Assembly (NCBI GenBank): GCA_001949185.1
Contig: BDGG01000001.1
Coordinates: forward strand, 8,936,721 to 9,000,720
Reading direction: 5' to 3'
Source of the DNA: Ramazzottius varieornatus
Taxonomy: Eukaryota; Animalia; Tardigrada
DNA length: 64,000 nucleotides
Positions 22,901 to 36,600 of this stretch are shown here, in pieces (the stretch's first letter is position 1; each line of letters starts with the position of its first letter). The notes beneath the pieces are model-generated. The model ran no database searches. It was not told the origin of the DNA and saw nothing but the letters and a program-made list of their open reading frames with translations. Position numbers and translations under genes: made by a program.

Positions 22901-24873
22901 TCTTCATCCCCCCACCACCACCGCTGTTGCTGCCTGGCGGGTTGTACATGCCGTTTCGTTGCTGGTCGCGCATCTGTGCCTGCCGATCAGCCCCTCTGTC
23001 CATGCCACCCCAGTGGCTTGTCCCATCATCCGCCTACAATGTCAACCAGCATGTCTCATATTGTGTTCAAGATGAGGGCAGAGTAAAGACAGCACCTTTT
23101 CGCTTTTGGAGCCGCGAGAAGAGGGATCGCGCCACTCGGACCATTCCTGGTCCTGCACATCGCTGTTCCACTGGTTGGACGGACTGATGTTACCCCCCGA
23201 GCTATCACCGCTGCCCGAGCTGGTCCATGCAGGCCGACCACCTTGAGATCCTAGAACTGTCAAAACACACAAGACATCAGCTGGAGATAAAGACTTGAAA
23301 GGCAGTTACTGTATACCTGAAGCGTTCATGGCACCGTTGCTGAGTATTCCACCTCCATTTGCACCGGAGAGAGCACTGGCCGACTGCATCATGTTGGCGC
23401 TGTTGGAAGGAGCAGCGGCCAGCGGGCCACCGGCGGCGCCACCAGCCGAGGACCACAGGGAAGAGGGCTCCTCGTCGCCGCTGATCCAGCGCGGAGTATT
23501 GGGCGCTTGGTTCTGCCATGGTTGGGTCCGGTGGCCTGTCGACTTCTCCCATACTTCCGTCCCCGTGTTGGCCTTGGGCTTCCATACCGACGGATCATCG
23601 TGGATGGGAGGCGGCGACTCGGGAACCATCCACGGCACCTCTTGCTTTACTTCCACCTGCAATCAATGATCCTGACCTTTCTATCCTATTACATTACACC
23701 TCGGCAAAGTAGCGCACCCTGGCAGTCTGCTTGGCAGCAAACGTCCGCCACCTGGGGAAAAACATCTCAACAAAATGGCTTCTCCCGAGCGGCGCATACT
23801 TCTAGCCAAAAAAGCCGAGTTTGTGCGCCGCTTGAGAAACAATCCTGTCCAGTGCGTACGCCTAAGATGCCATATTACTTTTGTTTACAAATGATCTTGG
23901 CTGTACCTGCCCCCAGCCTTCGCGGTAAATCATGTTGTCAAGAGGCGTCCGTTCAGCGGAGACGGGTGTGGAAGGGTTGACATTTTCCTTGTCTTGGGGC
24001 TGTGCCGAGGCGCCGTTGGCTGCTTGATACTGTTGTGCTGCTCCACCACCATTGCCATTGCTGCTGCCGTTGCCATTACCGTTGCCATTCCCATTAGGTA
24101 GGCTATTGTTCTTGCCGCTCATGGTGGGGAAACCGGAAGAGGAAGAGGGATTGGGAGTGTTCCATGGATTGGCATTTCGATTATTATTATTATTATCACC
24201 GGAGGGTTCGGCAGTCGTCTGCCAAACCATCGACGAGGCACTGGGACTGACCATCCATTCGGAACTACCTGCAACCATAAACAACACACATTGAACAACA
24301 ACTAATAGGTTTCCCCAGTCCAGAATAAGTCCAGATAACTGATTGTTCCAGCAGTTAAAGGTGAAGATTCGTTCAAAACAAATGATCGTTCCTGCAGCGA
24401 GGGTCCAGGACCCAGCCCTGAGCTACAACCTGTGTCCGAACCCCCTACAACCCAGGGGTCCAGATTCCCTTTGCAGGCATTCTTGCTCTTTTCCGCATAC
24501 ACGATGAGAATCATAGCCGAAACATGATAAAGAAGGACAGCCAGTACTATAAGACAGCAAGGTAGGATGGCTTACTATTGGAATTGCTGGAGGAGGGTTG
24601 TTTGTTGAGGGCATCAGTGACGGGTGTAGAACTTGAGCTGACGGAGGGTCCAGCTGATCCTCCATTGCTGCCAGCTGCAGCCTGCTGGCCGTTCTGCTGC
24701 TGAAAGGGACCGGAAGATCCCCATCCACCACCCGTTGTCGACAGGTTGGAGGACGAGCTACCACTGCTGGCCATATTAGCGATGGACGGTGAGTTGCCCC
24801 ATTCCGACGTGCTGGACGAAGGCTCGACACCCTGCTGCTGCGAGCCCGATGATGACAAGGGAACGGCAAACAT
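19966..24873 (-). CDS. TNRC6: GW182/TNRC6 (gawky) miRNA silencing scaffold, multi-exon; start codon uncertain
   Basis: G/S/N-rich W-containing exons. EGWGQVEVKQEVPW..PESP..NTGTEVWE (Ago-hook-like). Q-rich M-domain-like QLSVAARQGIISSRLLTQPLAPQTTYLL. PAM2 region LPEFVPGKPWQG...DEDPHLTPGSV. Confidence 0.85.
20373..20421. repeat. Intronic 49-bp palindrome (TNRC6 intron)
   Basis: TGGGTGGCGCAC-N25-GTGCGTCACTTG. Confidence 0.85.
20955..21003. repeat. Intronic 49-bp palindrome (TNRC6 intron)
   Basis: CAAGTGGCGCAC-N25-CTGCGCCACTTG. Confidence 0.9.
22361..22409. repeat. Intronic 49-bp palindrome (TNRC6 intron)
   Basis: CAAGTGGCGCAT-N25-GTGCGCCAAGTG. Confidence 0.85.
23706..23834. repeat. Pair of intronic 49-bp palindromes (TNRC6 intron)
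   Basis: Copies at 23706-23754 and 23786-23834, both N25. Confidence 0.8.
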
Positions 24874-25316
24874 TTCCCTATCCCTCCACTACAAGCAATC
24901 CTCAGAGCATGGCGTCCAACAAACCGTAAGCAACCACAGAATAAGTAGGGAATACTTTAAGAATCTTCTTCCAAGATCACATAGGATAAATGGCTCCTTT
25001 AACCACGAAAATAATAGTATTAAGTTTTGCACGAGCCTGAAAGAGAAACAAGGCACACTGCGCAAAAGGACACGAAGAGCGTGCCGTTCACAAGGGGGCG
25101 GAGTCTAATTTCCTCTGGACCATCTTTCCGGTTGGCCCACCCACACCCGATGAGAGAAGAAATGGGTTTTACTTGACGTCATCGGAAAGCCAACGGAAAA
25201 ATTATCACACTTTTGCTGTTTGCGTATTGTTGACTTCTGGTTTCGCATTGTTTATCCATTGTTGGACTCTACTTTCCATTGTGCGCTCTCTAGGAGATGT
25301 ATTTCCGACGATCAGG
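24874..25316. promoter_or_regulatory. Probable bidirectional promoter region (TNRC6 / nicastrin) with CRE and GC box
   Basis: Divergent genes about 440 bp apart. Perfect TGACGTCA at 25174-25181 and GGGGCGGAG at ~25095-25103. Confidence 0.45.
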
Positions 25317-28300
25317 ATGATGGCGCAATGGTTCGCGTTGATCCAGTATGTTTGCCTTCTTTCTCTTACCAACTGGATCTCCTGGAGCGAAGGTATAGTG
25401 CACGGCGACTACAGCATGCGTTTTAGTTACTATCGACGCATGGTATCAAATTTCACTGGTCGTTTACCAGTCTTTTCGGTGATGTCATGCGCGAAACTAC
25501 TGGATGTGGAACTCCGTTGTTTTTGTTTTTCAGTTACTGCTGGTCGGATACGCGAGAAGATCTATCATGACTTTACTGGACCAGCTTACTGCATCAAGAG
25601 GTTGAACGGCAGCCATGAGACGGGCTGCAGCTGTAAGTGAAAAGCTCCTTCTCGAGTATTAAACCGAATACAGTCTGTACTTCCGGCTCTTGCATTCACC
25701 AGCTTGTATATATGATACGTGTTTATTGGATGCTCTGTTTCTTAGCTGGAATGTCGGGGAACGTTGGCGTCTTGCATGCTGTGGAGGACTTTGTGGATGT
25801 CAACTTTGTGTGCAAGAGCGGTCCACATGCACCCTACGTCGCCGTCATCGATGCTCTGGACCTTAGCCTCTATAATACGTAAGATGGGTCTTCCACTACT
25901 CTTCTCGATAAGGAATAGTTGATCAAGAAAAGGATGTCTGTTGGTACAGAGCGGTTCTCAGACAACTTGACGATTCGCAGCGAGTGGCCGGTGTCATACT
26001 GATCAAGCGGGAGAACGGCACGGTGCCGACAGCCTTCTCGCCGGAAGGGACCAGTCCCAACCGAGGTTACGGCCTCTACTCAGACCCTGCCATTTGGAAC
26101 CCCGTCGGCAGCGCTCTTCTCCACCAGAAATGGGCATTTCCCATTTTTCTGCTGCACAAGAAGGAGGAGATTTCCTACCTCTTCGACAACGTTCGTACTT
26201 TAAAATTAGGCTTAACAGCATATAATTGACAAACTCTAAATAGGATTTTCTCCTCGTTTCAGTGTCTTCATCGGTTCAACAATCGGACGGCATCGGGAGG
26301 AGGCGCCCCGTGGCCATTGTGCTCGGCACAGCTAAAGAACTTTATGTTCGCCGCCAAAGACAGCAAGAGCTGCATTCGTCGCTCCGAAATGATGACCAAT
26401 TTGAACCCGCGTAAGTTAACTTTAACCTTCCATACTGCGCAGGCCAATCTCACAGCTATGGAGTAATGGGTTGTGTTTTCGCTGAGCAGAAGGCAGATGC
26501 GATCCGTTATCGGATTTCAACGTGTGGTCCATCCTCAATTCCCTGTCCAAGAATTTGACGTCCTCAGCGCCTGCAAACTCTACGATCGTCATAGCTGCGC
26601 GTGTATGAAAGGAGTTGATTGTTCTTGTTCGTCATTGCGCAATTATATGATCGTCTTGATGGTGGGCTTTTGCAGCTGGACAGTAACGCCATATTTTATC
26701 AACTGGCCAACGGCGCCGAGTCGACCGTCAGCGGCCTGGTCACTTTGCTGCTGCTGGCCGAAGCATTGGCGCAAGTTAGGGAGGAACTGGCCAACAAACA
26801 GATCCTCTTTCTCTTGCTGAACGGGGTAAAATTAAGCTGTTGCCATTGACTATTGACGAAGCAGAGTCAGTAGTCGATGTAAAGTGGGTATACATGCTGG
26901 AGGTGTTGTTCTGTGCAGGAGTCTTACGACTACATTGGCTCCAGCCGCCTCGTTTACGACATGACCACTTCCTCCTTTCCCCGTCCCATCCTCCACACCG
27001 TCCTGGCTCAGAATGCGCTGATTAACCTGGACAGTATCGACATGTTCATCGAGCTCAGCCAAGTGGCACTATTGCGCGACAATGCTTTCTACCTTCATCA
27101 CCACAAGACGGCAGCCCGCAACGACAGCGACCCCTCCAGGCAACGGGTAGGTTAAACCTGGAAAGTTGGTATCGTTATTGGCCACCTTCGCTTGGCCTCT
27201 AACAGCTTTTTGTAGGAAGGAGCTTTTGCAGCCATCGCCGCAGAGGAAGGTCGGCGTTACCAGATGGACGTGACGACCAGCACTGCTTCGCAACAGTTGC
27301 CGCCCTCATCCCTACAGTCCTTCCTGAAAGCAAAGCCAAATATGGCCGGTGTCGTTGTGGCCGACCACTCCACCACCTACCACAACCAGTAAGTAGAACT
27401 GGGACGGCGACAGCAACTTGAAGATGACTCTTTTCCCAGGTGGCGCACACCTACGCCCACTAACCATGGGACGGTGCGCCACTTCACCTTCACTGGTCAT
27501 TGATTGGTCGACTTTCGCACTGTACTTGCTGACCCTGTAATGAGTTTCTCCTTTGACTTCTCTTTTAGGTATTACAATAGCTTGTTCGATACACTGGAAA
27601 GTCACAATTCCTCCTTTGGCGCAGACAGTGCCTCGCAGTACTCCAGCGCCTTCTCGCGCAACGTGCAGAAAGTAGCCACGGTTATCGTTCGAAGTCTGTA
27701 TAGACTGGTGACAGGGAAGTCGAGCGATATCGAAGCTAGTCTCCAAAGCGTAAGTCGTCGCTCTTGATTTCGAGTCCATAAAGGTACGAAGATGGGCTGT
27801 TGCAGAGTAACGACTTGATGTACTGCTACGCCCACAAGTCCAACTGCTCTTTGTTCCAAACTTACTTCACGGACCTCAAAGCCCAGGAGCATTTCCTCTC
27901 TGACGGCCCGATGAACACCTACATTAGCGTCAACCGAGGCAGTGTGCCGCAGGAAGCGGCTTATCTGTCCTGGAAGACGCTGGCCAAGTTGACGGGAAAT
28001 GTGGTCGGTCAGATGAGCGAGGATGAGTGCGCCAAGAAGAACCTGGAGCAGGACGAGGTACTGTCTTGAAGCACATTTCTGCACTTGTGCCGCGCTGTAG
28101 CCGCTGTCTCTTTTCCTAGCTGGTCAACTATATCTTTGTCAATGGCAATGCCACGGAAAATGGAACTCAATTGGGAGACTGTATTGAGAGCAACACGGGC
28201 ATCTCGCAGGCCAAGTCGCCGGCTTTCCTTCTCAATGGTAGGCTGACGATCCTTGGTACTCTTCCTTCTTGCCTGCCCTGCCTCATCACCCAAACATCAT

Positions 28301-28508
28301 TGTAGATTATTCGGGAAAATACTCGACATGGACGGAAAGTCAGTGGTCATCAGCCACTTTCCGCATCTTTCTCCAGCCCGATCCGCAGGAAGACGTCAAG
28401 ATTCTGGTCTTTGGCATCATCAACACTGTGGTCCTCACTCTGCTGATGTATGGTCTCAGTCATCGGGCCACTGATATCTTTCTGATTCCTAATAACCCTG
28501 TCAGCTAG
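25317..28508 (+). CDS. NCSTN: Nicastrin (gamma-secretase subunit), multi-exon
   Basis: Signal peptide [70 protein letters not shown] (DYIGS motif), [11 protein letters not shown] and [10 protein letters not shown]-terminal TM helix; stop at 28506-28508. Confidence 0.95.
27437..27485. repeat. Intronic 49-bp palindrome (nicastrin intron)
   Basis: CAGGTGGCGCAC-N25-GTGCGCCACTTC. Confidence 0.9.
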
Positions 28509-28917
28509 ACATATTGTGCCAAAGTTGCCAAAGTTGCTCCTCTATCATTTCATTTCCCACTAGCCAGCACATGTCGTTCCGCGCTGGCCCCGGATCTCCT
28601 TTTTTGGTCTGTACTTTTCTAACTGGAAGTTGTTTTTAGCAAATCACGGCCATTCAATGGAATAATGCGCGCCACTTTGAGCTTTCTTCTATGGTTTTTT
28701 TATCAGTGTCTGTTTCGAAGACTTTCAGTATACAACAAAAATTATACTGTACCAAAATAGAAAACTTCTTGCCATGGAATGTGACAAATGCAACAAGAGA
28801 TTATCGCCGAGTATTGGTTTTTGTTTTCTGTAATGAAACGAAGCTTCGCTACGCTCGAAAAAAGATTTTCATCGGGAGGAAAACCGGAAGAGTATTAAGT
28901 TATCACAGATAAAGACG

Positions 28918-31661
28918 TCATTGACCGTTTGATGTGGAATGATGGGCGGAAATGAGGGAAGATGGAGCAGCGTCCGTATCGACGCTGTCCTGAGCATTAT
29001 CTTTGTTATGGCCGGCTTTGTCATGGAAGACTTCACTGGCTTCACTTTCAGACTCTGAGCTTCCTCTTGTCCGTTTCTCACGTCGTGGTGCCGCGGCCGA
29101 GGGAGAGGTAGACCTAACAGAGCGGGAAGAACGTTGAGCAGTAGGCTGTAGGACGGCCGACTCGGACCAAAAGGGATCAACAGGTCGCGATGGCATGCCT
29201 TTCTTGGGGCGCGAACTGACGGCCTGTCCGCCATGGCTGCTCTCCAACATGGGCTGCAGTATTCTTCGGCGAGCGTTGATGAACCTATCGAAGAAAAATC
29301 CGACGGTGATGAAAAGGAAATGCAATATGTGAAGTGAGCAAGGCTCTTTTCTCACGTGGCGCACATTTCCAGGCAACGACACTACCAGCGTGCGCCACTT
29401 GGACAAACTAATGATGCCCAGTTCTTTTCCCAAGTGGCGCCCGCTTTCGGTGCTATTGGCTGACAGGGTGCGCCACTTGGATCAACGGCTGATTGCCCGC
29501 TCTCATTTATCGATGGACGGAAAGATTCTCATCATTCACATGACGAAATTGTGAAGGTTAAACAGACCGCTTATACACAGTAGCTGAAAAGTACATTCAA
29601 ACAGTTTGCAAAGTGGAAGGTTGGACAGTCAAGCAGAGCATTTGTGCAGAAGAGCCACGTACCAATTATTGACCTGCAACAAGGACAGACGCGTCTGAGC
29701 GGCAAGTTGACGTTTTTCATCCTCGCTCGGGTAAGGATGCTACGGTACAAAAACAGCCCCGCTGATCATTAGCGCTAGTTATCCTCGTCATTCACCATAA
29801 GACCAGCTAAACGGGGCGCGCCTGCACTCTTACCACAATGTGCGAGAAGAGCCAAGCGCGTAAGACGCCGATGGCTTCACGGGGAAGAATGCCACGACGA
29901 CTCATCTTCCCTCCAGCTACACTTTCCCCACCACTCTCAAAGTCCCCTTCACCTTCCTGCTTCTCGCCGTAGTCCCCGTAAGCAGAGGCCATGCTTTCCG
30001 GCGACCTGTCCGACCCTGAAAACGACAAGTCCCAAAACTGAACGACTACTCAAGATTTACCAAACTGAAAGATCAACTCGGAGCTGTGCAAACAAAGTCG
30101 ACAAGCAAGGTTCCTCAAGTAGCGCACGTCTCCAGCCTATGACGCTGATAACGTGCGCCACTTGGGAAAAGCAGTCTCATCGAGTTCCCAAGTGGCGCAC
30201 GCTCTCAGTCTAATTGCCCGGAAGCGTGCGCCACTGAGGGGGCAGACGTTGAGTTTGTCTACCGAACTCCAAACTTTTCTTACTCGAGTCTTCGGTTGGT
30301 ATGGGGTAGAAGGCTGTGGCAGTCGGTAACTGGTAATTGGACATGACGTTCAGCGAAGAAGTAATCATTCTTTGAGGAGATGTATCGTTGGGACTATGAA
30401 GGTGTGTAATGAGATGATCGGGTGTGGCCATGGTGGAGTGAGAGTCCATGGTAAAGACTTCATCGTCCAAGGGTTGACCATTGTCCGTCCGCAGCATTTG
30501 CTCGCTATGCAGGTTCCTGCGCAGACAAGCAGTGTAGCGCTGGCAAAAGTCACGGCACAGCTCGTTAACTTTCTCAAGCTCGAACAAGTGCAAACGAAGA
30601 ACCGTCACTCCTTGCATCATCTATGGACAGAAGAAGGAAACAAAACATTATAAATTATTCTGTCAGGTAAAGAATGAAAGATGGCTCCAATTACAGCTCC
30701 ATTTCAGCTGGTAAACTCGGACAGCGCATTTCGCATTGGCGTCACCATTTGTGCAAAAGCCTCGAGCGAAGCCATTGCGATAGCTCCAAGCTCAAAATGG
30801 ACAGTAAATGCGAAGGCGGAAATAATGTCAGATATGGCAAGAAGAATGAAATTACCAAGTCATTGAGTTGCGGATGTTGGGTAGGCAACGAGGAAAATGG
30901 CGGCGAGTAGGCAAGGCGACGAATGCAGTCTTCCATCTCCTTGTGCAAAAGGTCGGCTGACGGAATGGTCAAGCTGCCAGTGGCTTCTTCCAGCTTCTCC
31001 ATCAACAACCTCAGTAAAGGGAAGAGAGGATGACTGAAACAGCAGACATTGAATCAACATTGTCAGGTACAAGAAATCGAATGTTCTGGTCGGGTTGAAT
31101 AACGGAGACCTACTGCATCAGGGCTTGGCATTGGTCTTTGAGGGTGCTGTCCAGGGCGGCAAGAGTGGGAGTAGCGCTGGACAGGAGAGACTTGGATGTG
31201 TCGAGGGAAGAAAGGGAAGGCATGTGCGCTGGTGGGTAAGGCGAGGAAAGAGGGCCTTGGCCACTTGCATAAGGTGCCAGCGAAGGCGCGCCATCATTCC
31301 CCTGACTGGCCACTGCCGACCATGATAGCGAATAGCCGCCAAAGCTCCCTGCAAGACAACAACAGTCATGTCCCACTCTGCCATGGCAGAAAGGCATCAA
31401 CCATATCAGGAGCAAGTCTTGTCGAAGGAGGAAGAATACGCCAAGCGGAGGGGAAGACCTACGAGGTACTTGGGTATCATGCAAGTGAGGAAAACGTTGG
31501 TGGGTGTTGGGCGGGAGAAAGGGGGAAGTGGCATGCAAGTGATGGAGAGGCTGGTTAGTGCCATAGTGGTGGCTGGCATGTCCCAGCGCTGGTATGGCCT
31601 GATGACTGCTATGAGGCGTAATTTGTGGATGTCCATGCCGTTGACGATCAAAGTGCGACAT
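28918..31661 (-). CDS. PKNOX: TALE homeobox protein PKNOX/Prep
   Basis: Meis/PKNOX domain [13 protein letters not shown] and [27 protein letters not shown]. Homeodomain [61 protein letters not shown]; RRILQPM is Prep-type. Confidence 0.9.
29353..29479. repeat. Pair of intronic 49-bp palindromes (PKNOX last intron)
   Basis: Copies at 29353-29401 and 29431-29479, both N25. Confidence 0.9.
30116..30237. repeat. Pair of intronic 49-bp palindromes (PKNOX intron)
   Basis: Copies at 30116-30164 and 30189-30237, both N25. Confidence 0.9.
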
Positions 31662-33049
31662 TGAAGAATGGCGCTATACCTGCCAGTTAGCTCCCTCTAT
31701 ATGATATACTGCTGTCACGTTAAATAAACGGCACAAGATAAATGGGCAGGTAAGGCTGCTCAGTGCAGATGCGGAGCAGTGAAGCGACTGATCACTGACG
31801 TTTCTGACAGTTGGTGGCAAAGACAAAAAGCTCATGACGGAATTGACGGAAGACGACAAGGCCAACACCCATGATAGACCTATCCATCCGTCCACTTTCT
31901 TCGACGGACCGATGGCCCGACAGAAAATCAAACGGCTAATTGCCTTGTTTTTCCATCAAAACAAGCGCTCATTACAGTCTTGACGCGCGCGCTACATCCG
32001 AAGGAGGACAATGCTGTGCAGCCATGGCCTAAACGCAACGTCGACTGCCATTAGCAGCAACAAGTTTTTCGGCTTTTCGCTACCTCTTTTCACCGTTGGC
32101 CCTGGTGCCTTCACCACTTTCATAGTGGCCGCATGTAATTGTTTGCCACAGAGACGACGAGCGCCGATGGCAATTTGTCTTCGACAAGGCGACGATCCTT
32201 TCTTTCCATCAAATTAGCCCTTCAGCCATCCATTGCTGCAACTCAAAAGAAGCACCATACTCGGACCCACGAAAAGAGATAAGAAAACAGCTTGATCGGG
32301 TGCCTTTACCTCCATCCAACAGTCTTTCTTCCGTGTTAGCGCCAGCTTCTGAACCTGTAAAAGGACCATCCAGCCTATGTTCAAAATGAGCCCACAAGAA
32401 CAGCAGCCACACGGGACCCACGGACTTTCCTTAGTATCTCGACATCATCGTCACTGATCCTCACTTCCTGTCCCTAGTTCTATGTCGAAGAAAAGCAACG
32501 AAGCAGAAGGCGTCGAACTGGTAGCGCTTCGTCGGCCACCGGAAGACGCCACCACCACTATGGAAGCTTCAGTCCCTACTTCGCTCTTCACGACGGCTCC
32601 CTATTAAAGTCGCACTTCAGACCGTCTTTTCCAGCTAGCTAGCTTTTCCGCATCCAGCCATAACTTCTGATGGAGTCATCCATCCTTCAGATACCTTGCA
32701 TGATATATACAGAAGCAGTGACGGCATAATTACAGTCATCTATGAGCATCGATGGAACAACACGATTGATATATATATATATGCAGGGTAGAAGACATAT
32801 CAGGGATGATGCCTACCTTCAGTACAGTATTTAACACTGAAGGATTCCAAGTTAGTCAAGGGGAAACGCGGCAAAGCGAAGGTCTCCTGTCAATCACAAA
32901 AATATTGTAGATCTCGCTACTTCCCATCACTTGCTAGGTGCCACCGGGATTCCAACACGTCTCCGCTTTTCCCATTCGTAGCCCCTCCCAGGGTCTCCTT
33001 CGTCCTTTCCTGCTCCTTTCTGCCCACCACGCAAACAGGCACAGATCGA

Positions 33050-33672
33050 CGCACACACTTCCGGTCAACTAACGTCAGTTAAGTGACATTGATGATGAAT
33101 GAAAACACAGACCATTCAAACTGGCAGGCGGATCAACCTGGATGCGTTTACCAGCTGCAGTGCCAGCTTGCTACCATTCCGCTACAGCGAAATTATCAAC
33201 GCCGTCAAGAAAGCGGAGCGATTTATACTGTTGACCTGACGGCATGTAGTGTCCGTTCCGCCTTCTCTTTGATCGGTAAAAAACACACGAGATTCGTGGA
33301 AAGGGTGGTATGACGTCATGAAATTTCAGTGCTTTGTGGGGCGCAGTGAAAAACCTCCGCCATCTTGGCTCTTTCTCTCTTTGACTTGCGCAGTGCACAA
33401 CCGGTTACAGGCCTGTGAGAAAGCAGCAGCTGCGCGCATTGCTGGTAAGCTTTTGAATCTTGCTTTATGAGATATCCCTTGACTCTCTGATGATTTACTC
33501 TCCTACCATCCAAGATTTTTATCCCAGACTTTTTTAACCTGACCCGCAAAACTGTCTTTTACATGGACAACTAGAGGCTGATCGTTTTCCACCGAGAAGC
33601 CGTTTCGGCTTCCTCGGAGAAAACGAAGCGCACCAAGCTGTTTGTGGGGTCACGTGACGTTTTCGAGAGGTG
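33050..33672. promoter_or_regulatory. Probable promoter region between divergent PKNOX and EPC
   Basis: CACTTCCGG (ETS-like) at ~33056, TGACGTCA (CRE) at 33311-33318, GTCACGTGAC (E-box) at 33649-33658. Confidence 0.4.
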
Positions 33673-36600
33673 ATGGCCAACAAGAACATGCGGACACGAA
33701 ACCTCGATCATGCCAAACCACTGGTCGTTTACGATGCTGTTCACGATGTACTACCGGAGCGTCTGGACATCGCTTCCGGTATCTCCAGGACAACCAACAC
33801 GGCTCCTACGGGCATGGAGAAGGAAGAAGAGCTGGTAAGTTTCGAACCGCGTGGTTTGATTAGACCGTTGTGATGCTACGGCTGATTGGTCTCTTTTACG
33901 CCAATTTTTGATTGGATGAGCTAGCTTGTTTGATTGATTTGCTGGATGCTGCGAACATTTGGATAGGCACATGCATACATGCCGAGCCGACGATATCAAA
34001 CTCTTGTGTATCCATGTGCGTGTCGGGTATTGGCTAGCGCGTGCCGATGGGTTGCCGGGTTTTATTTTGCATTGCTGACTTACGTGCGCAGCGTGCGCAT
34101 GCTGAGTTTGTGTTGGCTGTGTTCGTAGGAGCACCATCTGCAGCTGGCCTTGACAGCAGCTCAGCAAGGAGACACCAAGCATGTGGCGATTCCCATTCCA
34201 GCGGTGGTGGAAGTGGAGCACTCCCTGTACGAACGACTGTATCCCTCGGACTACAAGAAGGAAGCAGAGTTCTACCGAGTACAGGGACTGAGTGGTAAGA
34301 AGTGTTAGCCTCATTCAAGGCTAAGAACCTCTTGTCTTGGGTCTCATTTCGGTTTGTTATAGTAGCTGGACCAGAGCCCGATGTGGTGGACTACTGCTTG
34401 GACGAGGAAGATGACAGATGGCTGTCGACGGTGGGCGCACCTCTCAACATCTCCTACGACCGCTTTGAGACCATCATCGACCGGCTGGAGAAGAGCAGCG
34501 GAGCGCAGGTATGCAACAACAATCCTTGCTGCCTTGACCATCGAAGGGCGTACTTTGACTCGTGTTCCTTTTTGCAGGCGATAAGTAAGGAAGATGCACT
34601 GAAGTTGCTGAATGACCGGTCGGAAGTGGTGACAGCTATCCATCAATACTGGACAGCCAAGAGAGGACGACTGGTAGGAAACTGACGCAGCAGAGGCAAG
34701 TAACACTTCTAATCATTCAGTTCACTTTTCCTTTGTAGGGACATGGCCTTATCGCGCGCGTGCGGACGGAGAACAAGCGTGATGCACAGTCCAGCCACGA
34801 TCCGTACGTGGCTTTCCGGCGAAGAGCGGAAAAGATGCAGACGCGAAAGGTAGGAAGAGTCTTTGTTTGACGGGGCGAGTTTGTGTGGTTGAGGTTTGTT
34901 TGGTTGCAGAATCGGAAGAGCGACGAGCAGAACTATATCCTGATGTTCAAGCTGAGGATAGCCCACACGCAGGCTTTGATGCGCGACGGCATCATGGATG
35001 TGCTGAAGAGTCTGCGGGAGCGAGAAGTGCTGAAGCTACGGACGTCGCTGGTGGAGCGCCACGAGTTCCAGCTGGGCAATGTCCTCTTTGGCGACGCTAT
35101 CGGGGAAATGTCCCATCACGTCCTGGAGAACTACCCCGAGATGAGCCGCATCGAAGCTCAAGACTTTGCCTACAGCGACGACGAGGAGCAGGAGGGCAGC
35201 GACAACGAAGGCGCCAACCTCGACGACAGCCTGGAAGACTTCTCCGAAGTGTCCGACAGCGTAAGCACCACTCGTTCTAGTCAGAAACACCACCGTATCG
35301 CACCATAACTCCGACATGGGACGTATGTCGGAGTTATGGGGGCAATACAGTGTAAGATTTTGAGAAGACTTTTAGTCCAAGTGGCGCACCCACTCAATAA
35401 GCTTAAGACACTGATGAGATGGTGCGCCACTTGGAACTGACATGAAGATCATCGTTCCAAGTAGCGCACGGTTAAAGTCTGTCCAACTGGGCCTGTGCGC
35501 CACTTGAGCATAACGATCTGCTCGAGTCTGTTTTGCACATTTCCCATGTTACACTTTGCTTTCCCTTTAGACGGATTCATGGGCGCGTCTGCAAACCATC
35601 AGTTCAGCACCGAACAAGGGAAGACACTTTGACGACGAAACCGACGAGAATGTGCCCCATCCCAACCTGCTGGCACTGAGCGATCCCCACTACGTTTCGG
35701 AAAGCCAGTATCGGGGCGAAGAACCGCCAGAGTACTGGCGGGAAGATGGCGAGTTCACCTTTGTCCCTCGCAAGGACTGTAAATACATTGTGGAGGAAGT
35801 AAGTGTGGTGCTTCGTCGTTCCTTGAGGATGTCATTCATTCTGACCAGGCTTGTCTTTCTCAGGATTCACCTGACTGTGATAATGAGGAAAAGGTTGAGG
35901 AGGACGAGGAGGCGGTGGATGAGCGCTTTAGGGGATACTACTTGCAAGATATCCCGGTGATGAGTGCCGCCAAGCGAACTGTGATAAAGGGCGTTTACGC
36001 TCGACGCAGCGTCGGCCGTAATGCCACGTAAGTTGAGGCAGCCTTCTCCTTGTAACCTGTTTGACATTATCTGGCATAATACTGTAGATTCAACATGTCA
36101 TCGAAGAAAAATCTTTTTTCTTGTCATAATTTGGCGGCTCTTGTTGATAGGCAATACTTGGATTACTTCAAGTTACCAAATGAATTGTCATGCTGTGATC
36201 TGCAACGTTTGCACTTGGACTACATCGAGAAGCAAGAAGAGGGCTTCAGTGACGACAAGGAGAAGGCCTTCTTCACCCGGCTAATGGGCCAGGAAGAAAA
36301 AGTCCCCGTCTATGCTTTCGCCGCCCAAGGCCGACTGGATGAAGCCTGTGTCCTCGATAGTCAAGAAGAGCGATGGACTCTGACGGACGAAGACCTGGAG
36401 GAAATCTACCAGCTCGCTCTAAAGTATGCTCAGACTCAGTCTTAACCGGAGATGGGCAAGCAAACTCGACCAGATTGTTTCTCCGAGTGGCGCACGTTGT
36501 CAGTGTTACTGACCGGGAACGTGCGCCACTTGGAAAAGACAGTCAAGTTCGACTGGGTTATTTTCCCAAGTGGCGCACGCCTTCAGTCAACATCAGTGGA

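Noticed and set aside
16103-24873. NXT1, SRSF10 and TNRC6 as a functional RNA-processing cluster
   Set aside because: Orientations are mixed and there is no shared regulatory evidence. Adjacency is expected by chance in a gene-dense genome.
10486-28678. Isolated half-sites of the palindrome family (~10486, ~11453, ~28667)
   Set aside because: No partner arm at 25 nt, so they were not counted as copies.
32768-32782. (AT)n microsatellite
   Set aside because: Short and ordinary.
36095-36445. Apparent premature stop of EPC at 36445
   Set aside because: Donor AA|GTATGC at 36424 and acceptor at 36700 splice in frame past the stop.
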